A program made the position numbers and the translations under genes. A stretch of DNA of 64,000 nucleotides from Chthoniobacterales bacterium (lineage in GTDB: Bacteria > Verrucomicrobiota > Verrucomicrobiia > Chthoniobacterales > Chthoniobacteraceae), in the NCBI GenBank assembly GCA_038207335.1, contig JBBQZX010000029.1, positions 1 to 64,000 on the forward strand, given 5' to 3'. Shown here piece by piece: positions 22,333 through 32,318 of this stretch (the stretch's first letter is position 1; every line of letters starts with the position of its first letter). The notes below the pieces were generated by a model that was given only the letters and a program-made list of their open reading frames with translations, was not told the DNA's origin and ran no database searches.

Positions 22333-23637
22333 ATGAAACTTCGTACATTCCTCGGCACAACGCTTCTCACGGGCGCTGCTATTCTTACCACCTCCATCGC
22401 GGCGCGCGCGGCGGACGATACCGTCAAAGTCGGCGTCCTTCACTCGCTCAGCGGCACGATGGCTATCTCCGAGACTTCGCTCCGCGATGTCCTTCTCTTC
22501 ACCTTCGACGAGATCAACAAGTCGGGCGGCGTGATGGGCAAGATGATCGAACCCGTCGTCGTCGATGGCGCTTCGAACTGGCCGCTCTTTGCCGAGAAGG
22601 CCAAGCAGCTCCTCGATCAAGACAAGGTCGCCGTGACCTTTGGCTGCTGGACGAGCGTGTCGCGCAAGTCGGTCCTTCCAGTCTATGAGGAAAAGAAGGG
22701 CCTGCTCTTCTACCCCGTCCAGTATGAGGGCGAGGAAATGTCCAAGAACATCTTCTACACTGCCGAAGCAGTAGGTCAGCAAGCTACTCCGGCGGTGGAC
22801 TACCTCCTGGCGCAGGGCAAGAAGAAATTCTACCTGCTCGGCAGCGACTACGTTTATCCGCAGACAACCAATCTCGTGCTTCTGGAGTACCTCTTGAGCA
22901 AAGGCGTGCCGATCGGGAACATCGGCGGCGGTTTCAAGAAGGATGAGTCTGACAAGATCATCTCGGCGGGAAAATACACTCCTTTCGGCCACACCGATTA
23001 CCAGCAGATCGTCGCGGAGATCAAACAATTCGCGGCGGGCGGAAAGGCTTGCGTCATCAATACTCTGAACGGTGACACCAATGTTCCGTTCTTCAAGGAG
23101 TATGCGGCGGCTGGGCTTACTGCTGAGACTTGCCCGGTCTGCTCTTTCTCTATCTCGGAGGATGAGTTCCGCGGGTTGCCGGCGAAGCAGTTGGTCGGGC
23201 AGCTTGGCTGCTGGACTTACTTTGAGTCGATCAAGACGCCGGAGAACAAGAAATTCACCACGAATTTCCTCAAGTGGGTGCAAGCTCCGAAGGTTACGGG
23301 CGCGCCTGACGCGGATGTGAGCAACATCGTGAAAGAAGGCCGCGTGACGTGCTCGCCGATGGTGCTGAGCTATGACGGCGTCTATCTGTGGAAAGCCGCG
23401 GTGGAAAAGGCGAAGAGCTTTGACGTGGACAAGGTCACGGCGGCGCTGGAATCGGGCATTAGCTTCGACGGACCTGGCGGCAAGGTGACAACGCAGAAGA
23501 ATCATCATCTCACGAAGAACGTCTATATCGGCGAGACCAAGGCCGATGGGCAGTTCAAGATTCTCAAGAGCTACCCGAATGTCTTTGGCGAGCCGTTCCT
23601 CAAGGGCACGTTCAAGGCGAAGACGGCAGCGAAGTAA
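22333..23637 (+). CDS. urtA: Urea ABC transporter substrate-binding protein
   Basis: [56 protein letters not shown]. Confidence 0.95.
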   Translation: MKLRTFLGTTLLTGAAILTTSIAARAADDTVKVGVLHSLSGTMAISETSLRDVLLFTFDEINKSGGVMGKMIEPVVVDGASNWPLFAEKAKQLLDQDKVAVTFGCWTSVSRKSVLPVYEEKKGLLFYPVQYEGEEMSKNIFYTAEAVGQQATPAVDYLLAQGKKKFYLLGSDYVYPQTTNLVLLEYLLSKGVPIGNIGGGFKKDESDKIISAGKYTPFGHTDYQQIVAEIKQFAAGGKACVINTLNGDTNVPFFKEYAAAGLTAETCPVCSFSISEDEFRGLPAKQLVGQLGCWTYFESIKTPENKKFTTNFLKWVQAPKVTGAPDADVSNIVKEGRVTCSPMVLSYDGVYLWKAAVEKAKSFDVDKVTAALESGISFDGPGGKVTTQKNHHLTKNVYIGETKADGQFKILKSYPNVFGEPFLKGTFKAKTAAK

Positions 23638-23652
23638 GTTTCCTTGGTTTGG

Positions 23653-23682
23653 GAGGGGCGGGGCTTCGGCTCCGCCCCTTTC
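23653..23682 (+). terminator. UUCG-loop hairpin after urtA (terminator or mRNA stabiliser)
   Basis: GAGGGGCGGGGC-TTCG-GCTCCGCCCCTTTC. Confidence 0.65.
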
Positions 23683-23694
23683 ATTTTCCAAACT

Positions 23695-25413
23695 ATGACG
23701 CAAACATCGGCCAACAAATACCGGACCTCTGGCACGCGAGCGCTGCGCTGGCTGCTTGTGTCGATGATGTTCTTTGCGGGGGTCGCGGGTGCGGCGGAGG
23801 CGGGGCGCGGGGTGATTGCTAAGGCGATTGTTTTGGAGGACGCGGAGGCGCAGGCAAAGGCGGTGGAGTCGTTGGCGGGGAATACGGAGCCGGTTACGCG
23901 GGATTTGCTGACGGCTTGGAAGGAAGGGACGATCTACATTTACACGGCGCCGGATGGGGCGAAGTCGGCGGTGTTTCTGGGGAGCGATGCGGATGCGGAG
24001 GGGAATGTGGGGGTGACTTCGGTGGAGATGGGCGAGGTGTTGAAGGGGGTGCGGGTGGCGCGGACGGTTTTGGACTCGGCGGACACGGACTCGGGGGTGC
24101 GGCTGGCGATGAAGAAGGTGCTGGATGTTTTTGCGCTGTCGGCGAGCGATCCGGCGGAGCGGCTGCGGATGATCTCGGAGGTCGGATTGGCGCAGGATGA
24201 GACGGAGCTGGATGCGTTGCAGGCGCGGTTCAAGGTGGAGACGGTGGGCGATGTGCAGCGCGGGTTGCGGGAGGCGATCGCGCTCATCGAGCTGAAAAGC
24301 GAGGACGCGGGGGTGCGGGCGGCGGCGGCGGGGCGGCTGGGGGCGATGGGGTCGATCCCGAGCCGGGATGCGCTGACGGCGCTCTCCGCGGACGCGGTGC
24401 CGGAGGTGGCGGCGGCGGCAGTGGGGGCGCTGGCGGCGATAGAGCGGCATCTGAACTGGGTGAATTTCTACGGGACGCTTTTCCGCGGGCTGTCGCTGGG
24501 GAGCATTCTGCTGGTGGTGGCGATCGGGCTGGCGATTACCTTTGGGCTCATGGGGGTGATCAATATGGCGCATGGGGAGCTCATCGCGGTGGGGGCTTAC
24601 ACGGCTTATCTCGTGCAGAATCTCTTTAGCACGGGGATCGAGCTTTCGCCCTTTGGGATGAAGATTTCGATTCCGGGCTTCGGCTACACGGGGTCGAATC
24701 TGGATACGTATTTCATTTTCGCGTTGCCGCTGAGTTTCCTTACGGCGGCGGCGGTGGGGATTTTATTGGAGCGGACGGTGATCAGGTTTCTTTATCGGAG
24801 GCCGCTGGAATCGTTGCTGGCGACGTGGGGGGTGTCGCTGGTGTTGCAGCAGTTGTTCCGACTGACTTTTGGGTCGAATAACGTGCAGGTGTATTCGCCG
24901 TCGTGGTTGTCGGGGAATTGGACGGTGTTCGACGTGATTCTGGGGTGGAATCGGTTGTTTGTTATCGCGTTTGCGGTAGCGATCATTGCGGGGACTTGGG
25001 GGCTTTTGACGAAGACGCCGCTGGGCTTGCTCATCCGCGCGGTGATGCAGAACAGGCAGATGGCAGCGTGCATGGGGGTGCGGACGGAGCGGGTGAATAT
25101 GATGACTTTTGGCTTCGGCAGCGGGCTGGCGGGGCTGGCGGGGGCATTCATTTCGCAGATTGGAAATGTGGGGCCCGGCATGGGCCAAGAGCGAATCGTG
25201 GATTCGTTTATGACGGTGGTAGTCGGAGGCGTTGGGAGTATTGCAGGGACAGTCATCGCGGCGCTGGGGATCGGGGTGCTGGATCAGTCGTTGCAGCAGA
25301 TTTTGCTAAACCCGGTGCTGGGGAAGATTTTGGTGCTGGGGGGGATCATCCTGTTCCTGCAGTGGCGGCCGGCGGGGCTCTTTGTGACAAAATCGAGGAG
25401 TCTGGAGGGATGA
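23695..25413 (+). CDS. urtB: Urea ABC transporter permease with N-terminal periplasmic helical domain
   Basis: GLSLGSILL, GLAITFGLMGVINMAHGE, LYRRPLESLLATWG, DSFMTVVVGG. Confidence 0.94.
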   Translation: MTQTSANKYRTSGTRALRWLLVSMMFFAGVAGAAEAGRGVIAKAIVLEDAEAQAKAVESLAGNTEPVTRDLLTAWKEGTIYIYTAPDGAKSAVFLGSDADAEGNVGVTSVEMGEVLKGVRVARTVLDSADTDSGVRLAMKKVLDVFALSASDPAERLRMISEVGLAQDETELDALQARFKVETVGDVQRGLREAIALIELKSEDAGVRAAAAGRLGAMGSIPSRDALTALSADAVPEVAAAAVGALAAIERHLNWVNFYGTLFRGLSLGSILLVVAIGLAITFGLMGVINMAHGELIAVGAYTAYLVQNLFSTGIELSPFGMKISIPGFGYTGSNLDTYFIFALPLSFLTAAAVGILLERTVIRFLYRRPLESLLATWGVSLVLQQLFRLTFGSNNVQVYSPSWLSGNWTVFDVILGWNRLFVIAFAVAIIAGTWGLLTKTPLGLLIRAVMQNRQMAACMGVRTERVNMMTFGFGSGLAGLAGAFISQIGNVGPGMGQERIVDSFMTVVVGGVGSIAGTVIAALGIGVLDQSLQQILLNPVLGKILVLGGIILFLQWRPAGLFVTKSRSLEG

Positions 25414-25823
25414 TTAGGACTCCAACAGATTGCCAGAGGCATTTGGCAAGAACCGTGGTGGACCATTCGTCCGCCGCCGCGTGCCGCTCGGGCGATATTG
25501 CGGTCCTGGCGACCAGTGCCAAGGCCCGCGATGCGATTTTCAGGGTCTATGCGGCAGCTCTCGGGTCGCAGCGAAAGTTTCGTGGGGCTCCGCGTTTGTT
25601 TCGTGGGGCTCGGGGAGGCAGCGTAGCGCTCAGATTCTTTTGCGGAGACCTCAGATTCTCTTGCGGAGGTCTCGGGAACTTTAGCGGAGGTCTCAGATTC
25701 TTTCGCGGAGGTCTCGGGAACTCTTGCGGAGGTCTCAGATTCTCTCGCGGAGACGTCGGAATCTCTTCCGTGGGTCAGGAATTTTCTCTGTGGGGGCCAG
25801 AAATGTTCCGCTCAGTTCTATGA
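25410..25823 (+). other. 410-bp insertion between urtB and urtC; open 137-aa frame with ATGA overlaps at both ends
   Basis: ATGAT at 25410 and at 25820; ORF MIRTPTD...PEMFRSVL; the peptide does not look like a folded protein. Confidence 0.55.
25628..25800. repeat. 21-bp tandem repeat, about 6 good copies plus degenerate flanking copies
   Basis: Units such as TCTCAGATTCTCTTGCGGAGG and TCTCGGGAACTCTTGCGGAGG, alternating, with no spacers. Confidence 0.85.
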
Positions 25824-27043
25824 TACCGTCGATTTTCAAGAAGGAGTGGGTGTGGGTGGCTGTGATGGCGCTTTTCGTGGTGGTGGTGCTGCCGGTGCTG
25901 AATGCGCAGGGGGTGATTTCGGATTTTCATCTGAATCTGTGGGGGAAGTATTTGTGCTATGCGGTGCTGGCGGTGTCGGTGGATTTGCTGTGGGGTTATA
26001 CGGGGCTGTTGTCGCTAGGGCAGGCGCTGTTTTTCTCGCTCGGTGGGTATATGCTGGGGATGTATCTGATGCTGCTTTCGGGGCCGATGGGACAATACGC
26101 GCAGTCGGGGCAGAATCCGAAGGGGTTGCCGGATTTCATGGTGTTTCTGGGGCACACGTTTTTGCCGACGTTTTGGAAGCCGTTCTATTCGTTTGGCTTT
26201 TCGGCGTTGATGGTGGTGGCTGCGCCGGGGATTTTGGCGCTGGGGTTCGGGTATCTAGCTTTCCGGTCGCGGATCAAGGGCGTTTACTTTTCGATCCTGA
26301 CTCAGGCGCTGACGTATGGGGCGATGTTGATGTTCTTTCAGAATAACCTGACGATGGGTGGCAATAACGGGTTCACCGATTTCCGGCTGATCTTGGGTGC
26401 GAATTTGAGGAGCGCGGCGACGCAGCGCTGGTTATTCGTGGCGTCGGCTGCGTTGCTGCTGGCGGTTTATCTCGGGTGCCGGTGGCTGACTCGGACGAAG
26501 TTTGGCCTAGTGCAGCGGGCGGTGCGGGATAGTGAGACGCGGGTGCTTTTCAGCGGGTATGCGGCTGCGAATTATAAGCTGCTGGTCTTTGTGCTGGCGG
26601 CGATGATCGCGGGGCTGGGTGGGGCGCTTTTTGTGCCGCAGGTGGGGATCATCAATCCCACGGAGATGTCGCCGGTGAATTCGCTGGAGGCGGTGGTGTG
26701 GTGCGCGGTGGGGGGGCGCGGGACGCTGGTGGGGCCGATCGTGGGGGCGATCGGGGTGAATGCGCTGAAGTCGTGGGCGACGCGGGCTTACCCAGAGTAT
26801 TGGCCGCTGATGATGGGGGGGATGTTTATCGTGATGGTGATTTTCGTTCCGGGGGGAGTGGTGCGGGTGCCGGGGCAGGCGCTGGCGTGGTGGCGGCGGT
26901 GGCGGAAGGAGGAGGATGCCGCGCCGCAGGATGGGGTGAAGGAGCAGATAGCGGATGATTTTACCCCCGTAGCTCCGCCGGTGCCAACGGATATGCGCGC
27001 GAGTGGGAAGACGGTGGAGTCACGGATGAAGGAGGGCGTGTAG
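25820..27043 (+). CDS. urtC: Urea ABC transporter permease
   Basis: GKYLCYA, DLLWGYTGLLSLGQ, FRSRIKGVYFSILTQAL, GGNNGFTDF, VPQVGIINP. Confidence 0.94.
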   Translation: MIPSIFKKEWVWVAVMALFVVVVLPVLNAQGVISDFHLNLWGKYLCYAVLAVSVDLLWGYTGLLSLGQALFFSLGGYMLGMYLMLLSGPMGQYAQSGQNPKGLPDFMVFLGHTFLPTFWKPFYSFGFSALMVVAAPGILALGFGYLAFRSRIKGVYFSILTQALTYGAMLMFFQNNLTMGGNNGFTDFRLILGANLRSAATQRWLFVASAALLLAVYLGCRWLTRTKFGLVQRAVRDSETRVLFSGYAAANYKLLVFVLAAMIAGLGGALFVPQVGIINPTEMSPVNSLEAVVWCAVGGRGTLVGPIVGAIGVNALKSWATRAYPEYWPLMMGGMFIVMVIFVPGGVVRVPGQALAWWRRWRKEEDAAPQDGVKEQIADDFTPVAPPVPTDMRASGKTVESRMKEGV

Positions 27044-27826
27044 ATGGAGACGGCGACTGCGAGTAAGCGGGGGTTTATCCTGGCGGCGGAGGGGGTGAAT
27101 AAGGCTTTTGCGGGGTTTCAGGCGATTAAGGAGCTGTCGTTTTACATGGATGAGGGGGAGCTAAGGACGGTGATCGGGCCGAATGGGGCGGGGAAGACGA
27201 CGTTTTTGGATCTCATCACGGGGCGGACGGTGCCGGATACGGGGACGATCGGCTTTGACGACGGGGCGCATGAGCTGACGAAGATGAGTGAGTATGAGAT
27301 TTACCGGCTGGGGATCGGGCGGAAATTCCAGACGCCGACGGTGTATGTGGATCATACGGTGTTTGAGAATTTGCTGATGTCGCTGAAGGGGTCGCGTGGG
27401 GTGTGGGCGTCGCTGTTCGCGAGGGTGACGAGCGCGCAGAAAGAGAGGATTTTCGATGTGCTGAAGACGATCAATCTAACGGAGAAGGCGCAGTGGAAGG
27501 CGGGGGCGCTGGCGCACGGACAGAAGCAGTGGTTGGAGATCGGGATGCTGTTGGCGCAGGATGCGCGGCTGCTGCTGGTGGATGAGCCGGCGGCGGGGAT
27601 GACGGATGAGGAGACGGCGCGGACGGGGGAGTTGCTGCTGTCGCTGGCGGGGAAGCACAGTATCATCGTGATCGAGCACGATATGGTGTTTGTGAGGCAG
27701 ATCGCGGCGGGGCGCCGGGTGACGGTGCTGCATCAGGGCTCGGTGTTGTGCGAGGGGCCGGTGGATGCGGTGCAGAGCAATGAGAAGGTGATCGAGGTGT
27801 ATCTGGGGAGGAGTAAGTCGCGATGA
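27044..27826 (+). CDS. urtD: Urea ABC transporter ATP-binding protein
   Basis: GPNGAGKT, GIGRKFQTP, LAHGQKQWLEIGM, VIEVYLG. Confidence 0.94.
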   Translation: METATASKRGFILAAEGVNKAFAGFQAIKELSFYMDEGELRTVIGPNGAGKTTFLDLITGRTVPDTGTIGFDDGAHELTKMSEYEIYRLGIGRKFQTPTVYVDHTVFENLLMSLKGSRGVWASLFARVTSAQKERIFDVLKTINLTEKAQWKAGALAHGQKQWLEIGMLLAQDARLLLVDEPAAGMTDEETARTGELLLSLAGKHSIIVIEHDMVFVRQIAAGRRVTVLHQGSVLCEGPVDAVQSNEKVIEVYLGRSKSR

Positions 27827-27844
27827 AGGAGGGGGCTTTTTAAT

Positions 27845-28540
27845 ATGCTGGAGATCAAGAATCTACAGGTGGCTATCTCGGGCAGTCGCATCCTGCGCGG
27901 GGTGAATCTGACGGTGCCGGAGAAGAGTGTGGCGTGTCTGATGGGGCGCAATGGCGTGGGGAAGACGACGACGCTGAAGACGATCACGGGGCTGCTGAAG
28001 GCGGACACGGGATCGGTGGTGCTGGATGGGGTGGCGCTGACGGGGAAGTCGCCGGAGGTGCGCGCACGGGCGGGGATCGGGTATGTGCCGCAGGGGCGTG
28101 AGATTTTCCCGCACCTGACGGTGGAGGAGAATCTGAAGATCGGGGCGATGGCGCAGGGGAAACGGCTGAATGGGAACTTGGAGCGGATTTTCGAGCTGTT
28201 TCCGATTCTGAAGGAGTTCCTGCCGCGGAAGGGCGGGATGCTGTCGGGCGGGCAGCAGCAGCAACTGGCGATCGGGCGGGCGCTGCTGACGGAGCCGAAG
28301 GTGCTGATTTTGGACGAGCCGACGGAGGGGATTCAGCCGAATATCATCGATCAGATCGGGGACACGATCCGGGCGCTGCGGGCGGAAGGGAAGATGAGCA
28401 TCCTGCTGGTGGAGCAGTATCTGGAGTTTGCGAAGGATCTGGCGGACGTGTTTTACATCATGGATCGCGGGGCGGTGGTGTCGGAGGGGCCGATCGCGGC
28501 GCTGACGGATGCGGTGGTGAAAGCGCATCTGGTGGTGTGA
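27845..28540 (+). CDS. urtE: Urea ABC transporter ATP-binding protein
   Basis: GRNGVGKTT, YVPQGREIF, LSGGQQQQLAI, LDEPTEGIQP. Confidence 0.94.
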   Translation: MLEIKNLQVAISGSRILRGVNLTVPEKSVACLMGRNGVGKTTTLKTITGLLKADTGSVVLDGVALTGKSPEVRARAGIGYVPQGREIFPHLTVEENLKIGAMAQGKRLNGNLERIFELFPILKEFLPRKGGMLSGGQQQQLAIGRALLTEPKVLILDEPTEGIQPNIIDQIGDTIRALRAEGKMSILLVEQYLEFAKDLADVFYIMDRGAVVSEGPIAALTDAVVKAHLVV

Positions 28541-28599
28541 AAATGCGTGCGCGAAAGTGGCGGGAAAGCTAGGGTGCGCCGCGCTCCAAATTGCCTTTT

Positions 28600-28797
28600 A
28601 TGAAACTGACACGACTCCTCTCCGCTCTGCTGCTGCTGCCCACTTTCGCCCACGCGCATCCGGGGCATTCGGCGTTCGATCTTCGCGCCGGAATGCCGCA
28701 CGCGGGGCACTCGTTCGAGTGGACGTCGCTGCTGCTTTTTGTCGGGGTCGTGGGCGGCTGTCTCGGGGCGAGCTGGCTGGCGAATCGGCGGCGCTGA
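28600..28797 (+). CDS. 65-aa His-rich exported peptide resembling the HupE/UreJ N-terminus, one C-terminal TM helix
   Basis: Signal peptide ending AHA, then HPGHS...PHAGH, a TM segment and an RRR tail; 12 nt before ureA. Confidence 0.65.
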   Translation: MKLTRLLSALLLLPTFAHAHPGHSAFDLRAGMPHAGHSFEWTSLLLFVGVVGGCLGASWLANRRR

Positions 28798-28809
28798 GGC
28801 TCCCGCGAG

Positions 28810-29112
28810 ATGCACCTTTCACCGCGCGAACAGGAGAAGCTTTTGGTAGTGGTGGCGGCGGATCTCGCGCGACGGCGGCAGGCGCGGGGGCTGAAGCTGA
28901 ATTACCCGGAGACGGTGGCGATCATCACGGCGGAGATCATGGAAGGTGCGCGGGACGGGCGCGCGGTGGCGGAACTGATGAGCTACGGGACGACGATCCT
29001 GACGCGCGATCAGGTGATGGAAGGCGTGGCCGACATGATCCACGATGTGCAGGTGGAGGCGACATTCCCCGATGGGACGAAGCTCGTGACGGTGCATAAT
29101 CCGGTCCGATGA
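28810..29112 (+). CDS. ureA: Urease subunit gamma
   Basis: [33 protein letters not shown]. Confidence 0.97.
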   Translation: MHLSPREQEKLLVVVAADLARRRQARGLKLNYPETVAIITAEIMEGARDGRAVAELMSYGTTILTRDQVMEGVADMIHDVQVEATFPDGTKLVTVHNPVR

Positions 29113-29420
29113 TCCCGGGCGAAATCATCCTCGGCACGGAGCCCGCGCATTTTGAGGCGAATGCGGGACGGGAGACGCGCGTGCTGGAGGTGGCGAATAC
29201 GGGCGACCGGCCGATTCAGGTCGGGAGTCACTTTCATTTTTTCGAGGTGAATGGGGCGCTGCGATTCGACCGCGCGCTGACTCGCGGCTTTCGGCTGAAT
29301 ATCGCGGCAGGCACGGCTGTGCGTTTTGAACCCGGAGATACGCGGGAGGTGGAAGTGGTGGCGCTGGCGGGGACGCGCGAAGTCTTCGGCCTCAACAATC
29401 TCGTCAACGGGAAGCTATGA
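29109..29420 (+). CDS. ureB: Urease subunit beta
   Basis: [31 protein letters not shown]. Confidence 0.97.
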   Translation: MIPGEIILGTEPAHFEANAGRETRVLEVANTGDRPIQVGSHFHFFEVNGALRFDRALTRGFRLNIAAGTAVRFEPGDTREVEVVALAGTREVFGLNNLVNGKL

Positions 29421-31144
29421 GTCTTCGTCTTTCGCGGCGGCAGTATGCCGAGATGTTTGGGCCGACGGTTGGCGATCGTGTGCGACTCGCCGACACCGAG
29501 CTTTTCATCGAGGTCGAGCGCGACCTGATCGCGGAGGCGGGGGCTCGTGGAGACGAGGTGAAATTTGGCGGCGGAAAGGTGATCCGCGATGGCATGGGGC
29601 AGTCGCCGACGGCGACGGATGCGGAGTCGCTCGATCTTGTCATAACGAATGCGCTGATCCTCGATGCGGTTCAGGGCGTGTTGAAGGCGGACATTGGCGT
29701 GAAGCACGGGCGCATCGTGGCAATCGGGCACGCGGGGAATCCGGGGATTCAGCCGGGGATCACACCCGGCATGACGATCGGCGCGGCGACGGAGGTGATA
29801 GCGGGCGAGGGGTGCATCGTGACAGCGGGTGGGATCGACACGCACATTCATTTCATCTGCCCGCAGCAAATCGAGCACGCGCTCGCAAGCGGCATCACGA
29901 CGATGATCGGCGGCGGCACGGGGCCGGCGCATGGCACCTACGCAACGACTTGCACGCCGGGGATTTGGAACATTCACCGGATGCTCGAGGCCGCTGAGGA
30001 GTATCCGATGAATCTCGGCTTTCTCGGCAAAGGCAACTGCTCGACGCACGCGCCGCTGCGGGAGCAGGTGCTCGCGGGAGCTGTCGGGCTGAAGCTTCAC
30101 GAGGATTGGGGCACGACGCCGGCGGCGATTTCGACGTGCCTCGACGTGGCGGATGAACTCGACGTGCAGGTCGCGATTCACACGGACACGCTGAACGAAT
30201 CGGGCTTCGTCGAGGAGACGATCGCGGCGTTCAAGGGTCGCACGATCCACACATATCACAGCGAAGGCGCGGGCGGCGGACACGCGCCGGACATCATCCG
30301 CGTCTGCGGCGAGGCAAACGTGCTCCCGTCCTCCACGAACCCCACGCGGCCCTTCACAGTGAACACGATCGACGAGCATCTCGACATGCTGATGGTGTGC
30401 CATCACCTCGACTCGAAGATTCCCGAGGACGTGGCTTTTGCGGAATCGCGCATCCGCCCGGAGACGATCGCGGCGGAGGATTTGCTGCACGATCTCGGGG
30501 CGTTTTCGATGATGTCGAGCGACTCGCAGGCCATGGGACGCGTCGGGGAAGTGATCACGCGGACGTGGCAGACGGCGCACAAGATGAAGGTGCAGTTCGG
30601 CGTGCTCGAATGGACGCGGCCCGCCGATAATTTCCGCGCGCTGCGGTATGTCGCGAAATACACGATCAACCCCGCGATCTCGCACGGCATCGCGCATGAA
30701 GTCGGGTCGATTGAGGTCGGAAAACTCGCCGATCTCGTGGTCTGGAAGCCTGCGTTTTTCGGGGTAAAGCCGGAGGTCATTTTGAAAGGCGGGCTCATCG
30801 CGATGGCGAACATGGGGGATCCGAATGCGAGCATTCCGACGCCGCAGCCGACGATGTACCGCCCGCAATTCGCGGCGCACGGGCGCGCGAAATATTCGAC
30901 CAGCGTGACCTTCGTCAGCGACGCCGCTCTGCGCTCCGGTTCGCTGGATGCGCTGCATCTCTCGAAGCGACTCGTGGCTGTGAAAAACACGCGCAACATC
31001 TCGAAGCGCGACCTGCTCTGGAACGACGCGCTGCCGAAGATGGAAGTCGATCCCGAGACTTACACCGTCCGCGCAGACGGGCGCGAACTGACCTGCGAAC
31101 CCGCGAGCGTGCTGCCGTTGGCGCAGCGCTACTTCCTGTTTTGA
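29417..31144 (+). CDS. ureC: Urease subunit alpha
   Basis: [60 protein letters not shown]. Confidence 0.98.
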   Translation: MSLRLSRRQYAEMFGPTVGDRVRLADTELFIEVERDLIAEAGARGDEVKFGGGKVIRDGMGQSPTATDAESLDLVITNALILDAVQGVLKADIGVKHGRIVAIGHAGNPGIQPGITPGMTIGAATEVIAGEGCIVTAGGIDTHIHFICPQQIEHALASGITTMIGGGTGPAHGTYATTCTPGIWNIHRMLEAAEEYPMNLGFLGKGNCSTHAPLREQVLAGAVGLKLHEDWGTTPAAISTCLDVADELDVQVAIHTDTLNESGFVEETIAAFKGRTIHTYHSEGAGGGHAPDIIRVCGEANVLPSSTNPTRPFTVNTIDEHLDMLMVCHHLDSKIPEDVAFAESRIRPETIAAEDLLHDLGAFSMMSSDSQAMGRVGEVITRTWQTAHKMKVQFGVLEWTRPADNFRALRYVAKYTINPAISHGIAHEVGSIEVGKLADLVVWKPAFFGVKPEVILKGGLIAMANMGDPNASIPTPQPTMYRPQFAAHGRAKYSTSVTFVSDAALRSGSLDALHLSKRLVAVKNTRNISKRDLLWNDALPKMEVDPETYTVRADGRELTCEPASVLPLAQRYFLF

Positions 31145-31581
31145 TGCAGCTCATTCACGACCACATCCACGGTTGGGATGAAGCGCTGCCGCGCGTTCTG
31201 CTACGCGCCGATCGCGGGACGCTGGCGAAGCGCCGCTGGCGCGCGACGGCGGAGGACGGCACGGAGTTCGGGTTCGATCTCGAGCATCCGCTGGAAAATG
31301 GGGACGCGTTTTACGCTGCGGAAAACGCCGTCTATTTCGTCGAACAGAACCCGGAGGCGGTCCTCGAAATCGCGCTGGGCAGCGATGCGGCGGGCGCCGC
31401 GCGGCTCGGGTGGCTGGTGGGTAATTTGCACTTCCAAATCGCGATCGACGGCGCGGTCGTGCTCGTGGTGGACGATCCGGCGGTTCGGCAGTTACTCGAA
31501 CGGGAGCACGTCGAGTTCGCAGGAAGCGAGCGGATTTTTGTTTCGCTCGGTGGCGGGCATTCACACGGCCACGCACATTGA
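31144..31581 (+). CDS. ureE: Urease accessory nickel chaperone UreE
   Basis: KRRWR...DG, LGWLVGNLH, His tail GGGHSHGHAH; lies after ureC. Confidence 0.88.
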   Translation: MQLIHDHIHGWDEALPRVLLRADRGTLAKRRWRATAEDGTEFGFDLEHPLENGDAFYAAENAVYFVEQNPEAVLEIALGSDAAGAARLGWLVGNLHFQIAIDGAVVLVVDDPAVRQLLEREHVEFAGSERIFVSLGGGHSHGHAH

Positions 31582-32270
31582 ACGCGGTCGAGTGGTTGCC
31601 GCTTCTGTTGCAGACGGCGGACCCGCTTTTCCCGACGGGTGCGTACGCACACTCGCTCGGATTCGAGGAAATCGTGCGGCTCGGTGTCGTGCGCGACGAG
31701 CCGACGCTCCAAACGTTTTTGCTCACGCAAATCATCCCGGCCCAGCGGCAACAGGAACTCCCGTATTTGCGGTTCGCATTCGACGCAGCGGCGCGCGGCG
31801 ATGTCGAAGAGTTGATCACGATCGACTGTGAAATCAGCGCGTGGAAACTCGCGCATGAAGCGCGGGAAGCCAGTTGCCAGCTTGGTTCGCGGCGCTTGCG
31901 GGCGTTGAGCGCTATTGGCGACGCGCCACTGCTCGCTCGGATTTCGGAGAGGATTCGAGCGGGCGAAATGCGCGGGCATCATCTCGTGATCTGCGGGGCG
32001 CAGGCCGCCTTGCAGAGCGTCCCGCTCGAAGCCGCGCTAGCGACTTATTTTTACCAGTCGCTCGCCGGGGTCTGCGCCGCTGCTCTGAAGCTGATCCGCA
32101 TCGGGCAGGACGGCATTCAGCGCGCACTCGCTGCTGGGCTCGCGGCTGCGCCGCCGACGGTCGCCGCTTCCCTCGCCGTCGCGCGCGAAAACGCGGGGTG
32201 GTTCAACCCACTGCTCGAAATCGCCGCGATGCGCCACGAGCACGCGCACGAGAGGCTGTTCATTTCGTAG
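31578..32270 (+). CDS. ureF: Urease accessory protein UreF
   Basis: DPLFPTGAYAHSLG, IGQDGIQ, HERLFIS C-terminus. Confidence 0.92.
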   Translation: MNAVEWLPLLLQTADPLFPTGAYAHSLGFEEIVRLGVVRDEPTLQTFLLTQIIPAQRQQELPYLRFAFDAAARGDVEELITIDCEISAWKLAHEAREASCQLGSRRLRALSAIGDAPLLARISERIRAGEMRGHHLVICGAQAALQSVPLEAALATYFYQSLAGVCAAALKLIRIGQDGIQRALAAGLAAAPPTVAASLAVARENAGWFNPLLEIAAMRHEHAHERLFIS

Positions 32271-32318
32271 CGAAAGTTCTTTGGCTTGTCGCGGCGTCAA
32301 GCCGGAGGCTTGCGCTAC
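32267..32318. repeat. GTAG-type REP-like inverted doublet filling the ureF/argS junction
   Basis: GTAGCGAAAGTTCTTTGGCTTGTC...GTCAAGCCGGAGGCTTGCGCTAC; both terminal GTAG tetramers contain a stop codon. Confidence 0.6.

Noticed and set aside
22234..24573. Long antisense or alternate-frame ORFs (for example 22234-24573, 29234-30958, 162-1466, 2217-3638, 16445-17983, 61997-63010)
   Set aside because: They are shadows of well-supported genes in high-GC DNA, Arg/Pro-rich and without recognisable motifs.
25628..25800. CRISPR array
   Set aside because: The 21-bp units are contiguous with no unique spacers, and there are no cas genes in the window.
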